A stretch of DNA of 64,000 nucleotides from Balanoglossus misakiensis. Lineage: Eukaryota; Animalia; Hemichordata. Each line of letters starts with the position of its first letter. Within the stretch, counting starts at the first letter, position 1. Shown here piece after piece: positions 36,945 through 49,800 of the stretch. The notes below the pieces were generated by a model. That model had not been told where the DNA came from and ran no database searches. It was given only the letters and a program-made list of their open reading frames with translations. The translations under genes were made by a program, and so were the position numbers. Where the stretch lies: assembly GCA_040954595.2 (NCBI GenBank), contig CM082592.2, positions 2,855,462 to 2,919,461 on the forward strand, in the 5' to 3' direction.

Positions 36945-39753
36945 ATAATAATAATGCTTTATTGCTCTCTTAGGCCTCCAGCCCATATTGCAAACTTATA
37001 TTTATACACACAGAATTTTACAGAGAGTACAAAAAGAGAAAAGAGATAAAAATTACAAACATTCTTTTCTCAAACTGATTGCTTTGTGAACAAATAAGGC
37101 CAGATTTCGTATTTCTTTGTTATTTTCTGAAGCCATGAGTGAGTAATATTTTTCGGGTGTTGGAATTGTATATGACCATCTCGGTAAATACATGCTTCTT
37201 AAAGTCTGGTATAAAGGACAGATACAAATAAAGTGATATTCGTCCTCGATCTCAGTAGACCCACATACTCTGCAAATTCTATCTTCAAAGTCGATTCCCT
37301 GTGCCCTCCCCTCCTCAACTGCCAAATCAAAACCACAAGTTCTAAGACGAGCGAGGGCACTCCTTAGTTTGAAAACAATATTCAATTTTAAGTAGTTCTC
37401 TGTATGAAATGATGTTTTAAAGTTACAGTACAAACGAAGTTTACTCTTACTACAGGTGTCTGAGAACCAGTTTTGTTTGAAAATATCACTTGCTCTTGTC
37501 ATAAAATTGAGAAGAAAAAGATCAAAATCCCCTGGGCCTTGCCATAGCCATACATCTCCAAAACCGTGTTCATGCAGAAGACATTTTACATTTGTTGCCC
37601 ATGATTTTTTCCCATTTTTGTCCAGTGTCACCGATAATTTGTAGGCATGTTTGGCTACTCTGTTTGTGGGCATTTTTAATAACTTGAACCAGTATAAAAT
37701 AACTTTCTTAAAAGTGTGAATAAATATTGGATGTCTTCCACAATCTCCTAGAATGCAAGCATCTGGTGTAGTTGATTTAACGCCCATAAAGGCTTTACAA
37801 TATTTCAGTTGTACTCTTTCAGCAACTTGATATCTCTGATATCCCCATATTTCAGATCCATATGTTAAGACTGGCAAAATCATGGAATCAAAAAGTTTAA
37901 AATAGTCTTTAAAAGATAAAGTGCCACTGTTTTTAATCATACGGAAAATAGCGCCCATAGCTTTTCTGGCTTGGTCTGAGAGTACGGTAACAGCTTTACT
38001 CCAGATGTTTCTACTTGAAATTATTAAACCTAAATATTTGTAGTAACTGACAGTTTTTAGTTGTTCTCTATTATAAAACCATTTTTCACATTTCTTTAAA
38101 ACACCCCCTCTACGAAAAACAATTATTTGTGACTTTTCCATATTTACAGATAGTTTCCATTTATGACAGAAACATTCCAGTACTCTAATCAGTCTTTGTA
38201 GCCCAACTGGCGTATCACTAAAAATTGTAACATCATCAGCATAAAGAAGTGCAAATAGGTCGTAAAGTTCTTGAGTGATTTGAATACCATGATTACCCGA
38301 ATTTACTAACATATTATTTAATTCATTGATGAACAGAGAAAAAAGAAAAGGACTCAACATACACCCTTGTCGAACTCCGACAGAGCAATTAAAGAAATCG
38401 GTTACTCCATTTCGACTCTTGACACAAGATTTAACTTCTTTATAAATGGATTTAAGAATATTATACATTTTGCCCATGACACCCTCTAGACAAAGTCTAT
38501 ATAACAAGAGATTGTGATTTACTGAATCAAAAGCTTTACTGAAATCTACAAACAAACAATAGAAACGACCTTTTGATCTAGAAAGATATTTCTGTACCAT
38601 AATGTGAAGAACAAAGATATTATCAACAGCGCTAAAATCACGTCTGAAACCAGCTTGACATTCAGTGATACAACCTTGCATTTCAGCCCATTTTACAAGT
38701 CTCTGATTTAGTATAAAAGTAAAAATCTTGCTTAGACAATTCAATAAAGTGATGCCTCTGAAATTGTTTGGGTCATGTAAACTACCCTTCTTATGAAGTG
38801 GTACAATTATTCCCTTATTCCACTCGCTTGGAAAAACACCAGAGTCAAAAATGGCATTGAACGTGAAATCAAGTACCGTGATTAGACTTTGTTTTGCATT
38901 TCGATAAAATTCATTTGGGATACCATCCGGACCCTGGGATTTACCAGCTTTTAACTTATTCAGTGCACAGACGATTTCTTGAGTTGTAATATGACTATTT
39001 AGAATCTCTTCAGCATCGCTATTTAAATCTTCCGGGGAAGGGGCAAAGTTTTCTAAAAACTCTTCCACAGTAATATCAAACCTTGTTCTATGCCATTTTG
39101 GGTTATGGAGGGTTTTAAAATGATTTATCCAGTCACTAGAGGAAATATTTGAAAAAGATTTCATACCTCCCATAAAACGCTTAACATGTTGCCAGATATT
39201 TTGTCCCTGTGACCCAACATTTCTACAGATGGAGCTTTTAAAGCTTTCTTTGTTTACTCTACATATTGTTTTAAAGTTTGATTTCTGTTCTTTGTATATA
39301 CTCAGACTATTCATGTCATTTGATGCTCTGAAATTTCTAAGTGCTTTGTACATTTTTTTCTTAGCAGTTTCACAGTCTTTATTGAACCATTTTGGCTGCG
39401 ATGATCTGGTTTTGTCTCCTGTAAATGTTTTGATGGTCATCTTCTGGTAATCGGTGGCAGCCCAATATAACAAATCATAAACTCCATTTATCAACTCATT
39501 TACATTTTGTCTATCCCATTCAAGAACCCGCTTTACACGCTCTTCACCTTCCTTAGAAGCAATATAAGTATTGAAATTACCAAGTTTTTCTTTGTCCCAT
39601 TTGAAATAAGAATATTTATGCAAATCAACATCAATGACTTTTGATTTTGTATTTCTTACATGACGGCAAAACCGTTTAATATTTATGGTACACGCCAGAG
39701 GAAAATGATCAGAATCACTCTTATCTTCGACACTGAACTCGGAGATGTCAGTA
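36945..39753 (-). mobile_element. 5'-truncated non-LTR retrotransposon (LINE; probably RTE-X/L2-group) with 13-bp TSD
   Basis: The TSD acaactgaatttt sits at 36932-36944 and 39754-39766. The short 3' UTR has AATAAA followed by an (ATT)n tail at 36945-36955. Confidence 0.93.
37053..39753 (-). CDS. LINE ORF2 fragment: tail of the APE endonuclease, full reverse transcriptase and C-terminal Cys/His finger
   Basis: About 900 uninterrupted codons containing SDHFPL (end of APE), KSQGPDGIPNEFY, QAGFR, FVDFSKAFDSV, GVRQGCMLSPFLF, YADD, YKYLG and CRVC...EDEYHFICICP. The first ~23 codons of the ORF-track call come from flanking host DNA. Confidence 0.92.
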
Positions 39754-40864
39754 ACAACTGAATTTTGAATTCTTTGTACTTGGTTCTCTGTATATATTTC
39801 TGGAGACATTACATGAATCACAATGCCATGAAGTTGTCAAAATATAACTCTAATATCTCACAAAGACTTAAACTGTTTAGCATTAATTCTGAAACACACG
39901 CAGCTTTTACCAGTTCAGAAATTCCAGTCATTCAACAATGACTTTTAGTTTGTTTATTTCAAATCCTGTTCTTGTTCTGGATCAACTTTAAATGCTAAGT
40001 ACTTTCATTTTTTTAAAATAAAGCACATTTTTCTTTTACTGGCTCGTAGGATACATCTTGGTGATAAAAAAATGACTGACCAAAAATATCTGGTTCAAAG
40101 CAAAGTTGACTGATCTAGATGATAATATTATTCTTTTTTTATTCAAATTACTGTTGGTTTATAATTTTGAAAATGTCAAATGGGTGCACCTGTATCATTG
40201 TTTTCTTCATTCTGAGGCATAACGTCACAGCGCCCTCTGTAGCTCAAAATACTTTTCAGTTGAAAAACATGAAACATGTCAAACGCACAGAATAAAGTCA
40301 AGCCCTTAAAGAAACTACTGAGACTACTGAGAAAATAATATTCAATATTACCTGTACGGGTGATAGATAAAATTATATATATTATTTTTTTTTACTTGTG
40401 GATTTTTAGGATTGTCCTTTTTCAGAATAAAACATACTGGGGTCACTAACTTGATTTTTTTAAAAACCTACTGAGTCAGCATTTTTACATCAACTGTTTT
40501 GTTATTCAATGAAGTTTTAACTCTCAAAACTGAGACATGTGAGAGTATGATTGTATTCGACCACTGAATTTTATTTCATTTGGCTGAGTTTGTGTAAAAC
40601 TTCAGTGAATTTATAAGAAGTGCGATTTCCAGCAATTTTCATGGGAAGAGATACATGTACACTTTAAGTACACCAAGTCCATCCTTTAAAAACGACGCAG
40701 ATGCCCCACACGCCATTTCGCCCGCCAAGGTCTTGCTCTCCGAAAAATAGGGAGACATTAGTCGAGCCATGGAGCTACCACAGAGGTCGAGCCTAGCCAA
40801 CAACCTGTGCGAGCGGGGGGGATGCCCATAAAACGCCAATCTGTGTAACTGTGGTAGAGGTATT

Positions 40865-40900
40865 ACACATGCGCAGTAAGCTTTCGTGCGCTTAGCAACG
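40865..40900 (+). promoter_or_regulatory. RFX X-box-like site (GTGCGCTTAGCAAC) and NRF1-like half site upstream of DRC10
   Basis: The TAGCAAC half site at 40893-40899 lies in a CpG-rich patch ~480 bp before the ATG. RFX control of motile-cilia genes is established knowledge. Confidence 0.5.
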
Positions 40901-41373
40901 AGCTACAGCCGCCTTGCTTACATCGTCAAAAATATTAGTCCGCGTACATAGATTTCGCTGCACAACGTAGATTTATTGCAGTTCCGTATCCAAAATTGAA
41001 ATCATCCGGACATTCTCTAATATCAATTTCATCAACTCATCCGTAATCTGAACTCATATATTGTATTTAGCTGACTAATTTGGAACTACTTTTTAATCAT
41101 ACACCAAATTTATTTTGATACATAGAATTCAGAGGGCGTTGTTAGGCAAACAACAAATCGTCAAAAACATTGTCATCATGCTTGTGAAGTATAGTGAGAG
41201 GGGAGCGGTCTATGGTACAATGAAGAGTAATTTATTTTCACTGTCGTTAACGGACTGTCTTTGAAGACTTCATAGCTTCACGCTCCAAAGGTTTAAAAGG
41301 AAATTGGTGCAGGCGTGGTTTTGTCCATATAAGTCTGTTAATTATCGTGGCCGGGCCGATCATAAAAAGAGAC

Positions 41374-44300
41374 ATGACAGCGACAGATCTTGCAGTCAAG
41401 GAGACCCTTAGTTTGTTAGAGAAGGTTCGCATGGACGGCGGCGCAAACAAGGAAAGAGCTGCAATGGAAGCACTGCTGAACCCATCGGCGCCAGCCCCTG
41501 TGTCTACGACTGTACCAAAAGTGAAACGGGAACCAAAAGCAAAGAGACCAGACGCTCTTCGTGTGCTAGATCCTGGACGGAAAAAGTTGACAACGATCGA
41601 GTCACAGAGGATCCTAGCTGCGTACGAGGAAACCATAAAGAAGATCGAAGTGGTAACGTTATTGCCGTTTATCGCAGAGAATCTCGATCGCTATGGTGTT
41701 GTATTGGGGTCAGAATTGGTCGCTGCCATTCAAGAACACGGAGACTTGCAGAGAGCTTACACGGATCTCGTCACCCCGCCAGAACCAGAACGCACTGCGT
41801 CAAAGTCTTCCAAACGTTCAGCTGCCCAGGTCAGCAGAAGATCCACGCCGACTTCTCATCATTCCATAACACAACATGACGAGCTGCCTCCTGTCGAGAC
41901 ACCGGGTAGCAGACGAGGCAGCCCCGGCCCAACAAGTCACAGAAGCAGCGCTGTTGCTAGCCGCAAAAGTAGCGTCGTTAGTGATGTGGCCTCACCCACT
42001 TTGGTCGACCCTGAAGTAGAGGCCGAAAAAGCTAGAAATGTGAAATTCTTACAGCAACAACTAGGTTACTCCTGCAAGCGAATCTTACGCTTGTTTAGCA
42101 CAAACCCATCAGCAGTAAATGCTGTAAGGCCCGAGAAACAATCGAGAGACATGGAAGCCAATGCTATGGTAGGGTACCTCACAGAATTGAAGGATATCAT
42201 TTTTGAAAAATTACTCACAACGCCCCTGGAAGAGAAACAGAAAAGTGATTACCACCAAGAAATAACAGTCAGAGAAAGGAAAAATTCGGAAATTATTAAA
42301 AAGATGGACTCTGAACTACAAGGAGCAATGGAAGAGAAAGATGCAGAGGTAATGTATTGTGCAAAATGTCATGATCATGTACTTCTGAAAGCAAGTTAAA
42401 AGACCAGTGCTTGTCAGTACAGTGTTTTGTTGACATTTCAATTTCAGTTATGAATAATAATGTCAAGAATTATACTGGGTTGTTTCGTAGTGGCAATTTT
42501 GGCATATGTTTTAATACATGTATAGGAGTGGAAGAATATAAACAAATCAAACATAATATGTTCAACTAAAAGTAAAAATGCAGTTCCTTCATCTCTTTCC
42601 AATTCTTTATTTAAATGTGAATATTTGTAGTTTTTTAACAATAGAGTAGACATTTTTCAGCCTCACCATGTGATGTCCAATATTTGGTATTCTAGTTCTG
42701 TAAAACATGTATTCCAATATTTGCATGGTTATCCCAGTGGTTCATTGCGCATAGTAACCTGCCAAGAAATCAGCAGAACTTGATTCAAAATTTTTCATCA
42801 AATCAGCTTTGAAGCTCATTGTTTCATCACCCGAGCTAATCAGATATTTTCATAATTTCTTTAGATTTCCAAGAGAAATGATGTCATTCGCCGTTTAAAA
42901 GCTGACCTACATCAGATTGAGAAGTTCTCGGAGGAGCACATCAGGCGAACAAAATCAGAAGCTGACAAACAGCAACAGGCAGATTTGAGAAATTCCGATG
43001 GGAAACAGCAACGACTTCAGACTGATATGCAGGCCATGAAAACACAGCTGGCAAACATGATAGCAGAGCATAGGGATAGTGAATTATCTCTCAGAAAGGT
43101 AAGAAGTCACCGTTTTATGGATTATTTTCTGAGCAGTGTCAGCAATGTCTTGAAATGGTGAAATTGGTACATGTAATTTGTACATTGAGAAGCCATTATC
43201 AAAAAGAAGGTGGGGGGGGGGGGACCTTGAGTTTGAATATCTTTTTGGGAGTAGCAGTTTTCATATCATCAAGAAGTTGGGGGGAAACAATTTTATTTTG
43301 TATCACATACCAGACAATCTTTGTGATCTGTCGACAGTGCTTTCTATCATAACGATGCCACACAAACGCATGGGTAAATTTGGTCACTCAGTCTGTGGTA
43401 CTTTCAGGAAACTATTCCCAAAAATGTGACTCAGATCACTGATGTCCACAGCAAAGTTCTAGGGCAGAAACATAAATCATGATTGAAACAGTCCAAACAT
43501 GAAGTCAGCAGTAGCATCTGCTGTGAACCCCTCAGAGTACATGTATATACGGTCAGCAACAAGAAAGATGATTTTATGGTACAGATCCTATCCCATCATT
43601 AAAGCCCCAGTAATGCTAAGTTTGGGCTATTTTTTCAGTATTTTTCTCCCATGTATTAACTCCAGTTTCTTCTTTTGCTCTGGATAGCGTTATGAAATGT
43701 TCATTTTTTAGCTTCTCTGCAACAAAGCCTGTACAAGAGCAACGGCCATTGTTATTGTTGACAAATGAGTTCTTGGCCAGACTTGAACCTAGTTTCCAAC
43801 AATAATTGATTACGACAAAATGGTTGTGTTGAAACCCTAAATACTGAGCAATTATGTATCTCATAGTAGAACAGGAAACCACAGTTGATACACAAAACAA
43901 TGATTCTGTGAAAATACCGGTAGCTCAAATTTGGGAGTTACTGAGGCTTTAAGTTTAAATCTGTGTACAATACTTTGCATACATGTTGTAATATATGATG
44001 CACATATTATTATTCACAGCGAAAATACAAGATAGAAACTGAGGTTGAGAACTGGATTCTAAAATATGATCAAGATATGGGAGAAAGACAGGTATTTATA
44101 ACTAAAACAGTTTATTATTATTTCACATAATACATGTACTTGTCAGCACCTGCTCTCTGTATGTAGGGTACTGACGTGAGTATATCAGTTCTTTAGAGAA
44201 AAACAGGTTTCTTTACAGTGAGAGAGGTTCCGTAATGACAGACTTCACTGTATTTGGTGATTTCAGGATGAGTATGAGGAAGTGGACACTGTATATACGG

Positions 44301-44554
44301 AAGAGAAAGCGCAATTAAATGAATTGGAGGAAAGATTCAAAACCCTGGAAGAGGAATACAAGACAATTGTGGAAGAGCGTCGTATTGCACAGGAGAAGAA
44401 AGAACGTGAAGAAAGGGAGTTGGCGTTGAAGGTACAGGCAGCCACTGTCATCCAAGCTTTCTGGAGGTCATATAAATGTCGTAAACAACTCAAAGGAAAG
44501 AAAAAGAAAGGGAAGAAGGGAAAAGGAAAGAGTGGGAAGAAAAAGAAGAGATGA
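41374..44554 (+). CDS. IQCD: Dynein regulatory complex protein 10 (IQ domain-containing protein D), 4 coding exons, ~522 aa
   Basis: Exons 41374-42348, 42865-43098, 44020-44091 and 44267-44554 are all phase 0. Motifs: [54 protein letters not shown], the IQ motif AATVIQAFWRSYKCRK, and a Lys/Gly-rich tail. Confidence 0.93.
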
Positions 44555-46809
44555 GGAGACAATGGGAATGAGATTCTTTGCTGTCGGTCATCATGACTGT
44601 GTATTAGCAAATAAATTAAGGAGTATATAGGACTACTGATTGAATTTTCAGTATGAAGATTTTCCATTACTCGAAAATATAAATTTACTGTATTATAAAT
44701 TTGAAGTTTTTTATGAAAGCTGATTAGTTATGTTGTTGGAGTTTGGATTCCGAAACATCTGCACGAACACAATGTGTGGTTTACCTTTGAAAAACTCAAG
44801 AATCATTGTGTTGATGAGAATTTTTATCTTAAAAAATCTCTTCATCTGCACTGAAGAGTTTTTGAATTAACAGCATGTACATGTACTAAGGCACTGATTG
44901 GTAGGTATGACATGGAATTGAAAAATGTTAGTGTTTGGTTTCACTGTCACACAAATACTGCAGTTTTGATCGCTTTGTGTGGAACAAACAGATTTGTACC
45001 TGTCTTCAACATCAAAAGCATTAAATAAAACTAATGTTCATGATTTTGTGTTAAATTATTTCGTGCTCGAAAGCTTGTCTTGACTTAGAATGAATGTTAC
45101 TGTAATTGCAGAACCTGTAAGTCTCCCCAAAAGTGGTTAGCTCAGTATGTGCCAGCTTTGTTGATGTCAATAATGATACAAAAACATATATTTGCTGTGC
45201 TGGAATTTCTTGCTTGGCACTGAAACCCAAAATGTCAAAACATTGTCAGGTTGCATGCATCTACGTGTATACAACTCATCAATTTAGCGTAGAATCCCCC
45301 CCCCCCCCCCCCCCCCCAATGACCTGGGATAAAGGTACCCACTCCTGGAAATAGAATTATAAACCATTCTTTAATTAGACGTCTTTTGAAACACCCTGGA
45401 AAAGAAATGAAAGTAGGCATTGGTGGCAAGGTCAGCCAACAGAGGGCGCTAAACCTAACGTGGAATAGAGAGTCCATCTAGGGATTGCATAGTGAGTTCG
45501 TGTTGATATGGTTCATCCTCTGAAGAGTAAGCATGATTCCTGCCCAACAAATTTAAAACAGCTAGACATGTCACAGACTGACAGTACAAAGAATCAGTCA
45601 CTCAAATATCTACAATATATCAATGTCCATCTCTAAAAACTTGAAACATGCATGTCGGATTGTCCATTTATAGAGGCCATCTTTTTTCCACACTGAAATC
45701 TTTCAACAGCTGATTATTTGATGTCGTTTTTTTGCATGTGTGTCCTCCTGGGAATTAAATAGAAACATTGTAGGACCCCCCCCCCATATCTACCTTTTTG
45801 TCTGTCCTGGAAACCCCCCCCCCCCCATTTGCAGCACAACATTTGCAGCATAAATCTCTACAAGTGTGTCCAGACTTGAAAGCAGTAGTCTACAATAAAC
45901 ACTGCATCTCCAGTATAGTTTGTGTTGACATGCGAAAAAATATTTGCTATTTCAATGTGATTTTATTTGCAAACCAGACCACAAAAATAGCGAAAAACTC
46001 AAAAGTATGCAAAGTCACTATGACTTTAACCCTTTCGCCCCCAGTTACCTCTATAGAGGTCCTTCTTACCATAGAAAACAAAGGGTTTGGACTGAACCAT
46101 GGTGGTGAAAGGGTTCAAGGTACAGATCAATTATTTCAAAGAAAAAGCATTAAATAATTAAATAATTACTTCTCTTTCTTGATTATGAGTTCTTATTGTT
46201 TGAGTGTGGATATCGGAAATCACCACTTGATTTGTCATTTTGTTTTTGCAAAATAAGAGTAAAACTTTAATGTCGTAGTAGTGGTAAAAACATTCTTAAT
46301 CAACATATGAAACAAGATCTTCAAACCAGTCTCAAACCCCCCCCCCCCCCCCCCCACATTGACCTTAACATCTACACTACCTGATGGAAATATTGGGTAA
46401 TGTTTCAATAGAAAATAGAAAACCTATACCGTATCAAATATATACAACAATCTATGACCTTATGAAAGATAGCTAGCTTTCTTCATTATATTCATTATAA
46501 AGCTTACAAATACTCATATAATACAAACCATTAATATGTACATTGTACATTTAGTTTTAATATCATCAAAAAACTCAACTGTAAATACAAATTGTCAATA
46601 GCCATCTTCTCTACTGTTTTTCCTGACTTTTCTACCTGCCTGTCAGTGACTAAAATATCTATAAAAAATGTAAATTTAAATTAATGTGTACAAGTAACTC
46701 TAAATGACTGTTCAAAATGTGATTCTATGCAAAGAATATAAAGCAGGTCAGCTAGAAAACTATCCCATATATTCACTGGAATTTTTACTACACTAACTAT
46801 TTGCGCTGT

Positions 46810-49800
46810 TTATGAATCAAAAGTTGACGTTTGTGGAGTTGTCATGTCCTCATCATCCATTGCCCATGCCAAACATGCTTGTTGAGCTGTACGTATTATA
46901 CTCTCATATGCCTCATCTCGATTTATCATGGCACCAAAGAGATAGGGCTTGTCAGTGCCAGATACAGTGATTTCTATGGCCATGCCACCACCAGGCAGGA
47001 ATCCATAGGGCTTGGCCTGAGTGAAACAAACAGAATAGAAGAATTTACAATTACATGTACCAATTACCTGCGCTTGGTAGAGCACCCATTTTTATTCACA
47101 ATGAAAGCTCATACTGATGGTTATATCCTGGTTACTGGCCAATGCTGACTTTTAAAATTTTTTGAAGGAAATAAAAAATCTCAAAAGAAACAATCACGGT
47201 TCACCATATCATATTTCATAGTGAATTAAGTCATTTAGTCCCATGAACTGAAGGTTGAAAAAAGGATAAATAAGGGTGGAGTTCAAATAACTACCCAGAA
47301 AATTATTATCAGGGAAAAAATGGGAAATGGGGTCATCACAACCTGTCTAACTGGTTACTGAGCATGCTCAGTTGGGCTTGGTCAGTCTCAAGACAGGACT
47401 GTGATTGGTTAAGAATTATGATACATATCAGTCACTGTGAAAAATTTCAACTGAGTCATGCTTATTGACTATCATGGAAACAATGTGAGCAAGAGGGTCG
47501 TCAGAGCAGTTGCAGTTGAGTCAATCTTTACATCCCAATGATAACAACGATCAAGCATGGAAACGGGATGCAACATTTTTGATCTTACATTTCAAACAAC
47601 TTACCTTTTCCAAAGCAGTAATGTCAGTGAGTGGAATGACAACATTCTTTGGTGTCGGATTCTTGGATCTTTCAAAGCATAAAAAACTGCAAGAAAAAGA
47701 GTAAGTATTTAGAACTGTTGGTATCACTGATACAGGCAAATTATATTTCAAAGCTAAGGCCATTCGTATCTAGGAAAAACGTGTTTGCAACTGATCTTAT
47801 GGTCAGTCATTCAGCCTAGCGTATAAATTATCAAGTATATTTCCCGTTGATAAATCTTATAAATCATGACCGTCTTCAGTCTGACATACAGACCCTAAAT
47901 GGTGTCTGATACAGTCAAGCCAGTCTAGAGTGGCCAGTCAAGGGATTTTCCTAAACTGGCCTTTATAGACAGGTGGGCTTTACACACAGGTCAATTAATG
48001 CACACGTAAACTGCACATTCAAAGACTGTAACAAAGTGGCAACTATATACAGAGGTGACCCTAACACAGATTTGACTGTATCAACACTGTAAAAGTTGCA
48101 GAGCACAGAAAACATGTTACCAGTACAAAAGGTAACATGCTCACTTTAGACTTCTACATACCTTCTGGTCAAGAATAATTTCCCATTTTTAAAGGCACCT
48201 GTCAATGTTTTCTCTTTGCTGATTAATGTACATCTTTTACCTCCCTGCCAATCTGTCAAGAGAAAAACGAACTTTATGTTAAAAATTAAATGCAAACAGT
48301 AAAAGAAACAAAGTGTTCTCTTATTTCAAGTGGTCAATCATGGCCCCAAATTGTCAAACATGGCATCGCATGATGATGTGAGCAAAATAATAGTTAGGGG
48401 GTAATTTCAAAACACACAACACTGTGTGCATGCTACATTAATCTTGGTGCACTAGGGAGCCCACAACACATATGCATGTCTTTGTTGCCCCTGATTGCTT
48501 TCCACAATCGTACATGTACACGAGCATTTGAACTTGACCATGTATGCATGCTCCCTAGGTCAGTTGAAAACAGCCCTACCAGATGTGATTTTCTGGTCCA
48601 TGTAAACAATGCTACTTGTTATTACATGTGCTCATATATGTTTAAAAGTGCATTGTCTAAGTCTTTGAAAGACCGTTTTTGCATAGACCACTTCGCGGAT
48701 AGGGTATCTGCAATGCATGATGGTATAATTTGCATTCAACATAGCGTCTAGTACATGGCTAACGCACGCGATCAGAACGCAAACTGCCCCACAACCCACT
48801 GCGTTATTCTATCCGCGAAGTGGTCCATGGCCATCCCACAAAAAATCTGTGATTGGCTAGATCTCCACTTTCCATGGAAACTGTGGCTGAATTTGCATAC
48901 ACATGTAGGTAAACATGCAGGTACCTTTAACCTGAGCAAAAGTACTGAAAGATACCATGAACTTTGATACAGCACCCTTGTTATAAGAGATTCCATTCAG
49001 AGATAGGGGGGGGGGGGTGAGTTTTCATTCATCATGTACAAGTTACAGTACAAATATAAATTGCTAACACATTCCTACCTGACAGAGGTGCTTCAGATGG
49101 AGGCAATGAAAAGAGCTGACAAAAAGCTTGATTCTCACTACTGAGAACAGCTTCTGCTGCTGCTGAAGGTCTATTCCCATGCACAACTTCTCTAGTTGAT
49201 GTGTTTGATGGAGACGGCGGCAACATATACTGAAGGACAAAAGCACTGCAAGTTAGATATTGTAAAGGCTCCAACAGCTGAAAAGTTTTAAATTATTTTC
49301 ATGATTTTACTCGAACTTAGAATGGTCAATTTAAATGGGCTAACTGATGGGTATACATAAACATACATGTAATATCAACCTCTGATTGTAGCTGTACATT
49401 TTAATATGGTACCACACACGTTTATTTAACTGCCCACTGCAAGAGCATACAACTATCGTGGTATGCACACATGGGTATTAAAATCCCTACAATGTCAATA
49501 TAGTGTTACTTGTCGACAAAGGACAAGGATAGGATTGAAGCATTTTATTGATAAAAAAATGGCAAAAGTGGCAGCTATTATCATGGTTTTAAGTCTGACA
49601 TTATGATTGTTTACAAGACGACATAATAATTGACCCGCTAAAACAGTAAAAATCCCAAGAAACCAGGAAACTAAATTTCTCAACAAATTGAACAAACAGT
49701 TTCTGAATATATCGGTAGTCTCCAGGACACTGTGCTTTCATTCATGTCACAATTGGTAATTTATTTGAGGATCATCTGGTCTCAAAATTAATTATTTTAC

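Noticed and set aside
39754-39821. N-terminus of the 922-aa ORF as a genuine LINE start
   Set aside because: It lies in or beyond the TSD, so it is host flank. The element is truncated inside the endonuclease domain.
41247-41636. Antisense ORFs over DRC10 (also 44263-44667) and over VPS33A (8692-9123)
   Set aside because: Shadow frames of real coding exons.
45703-45747. Possible alternative last exon of GRAMD4 (cag|GAGGACACACAT...TGA)
   Set aside because: Exon 46810-47016 already completes the GRAM domain and has its own stop. No convincing donor or homology supports an extra exon.
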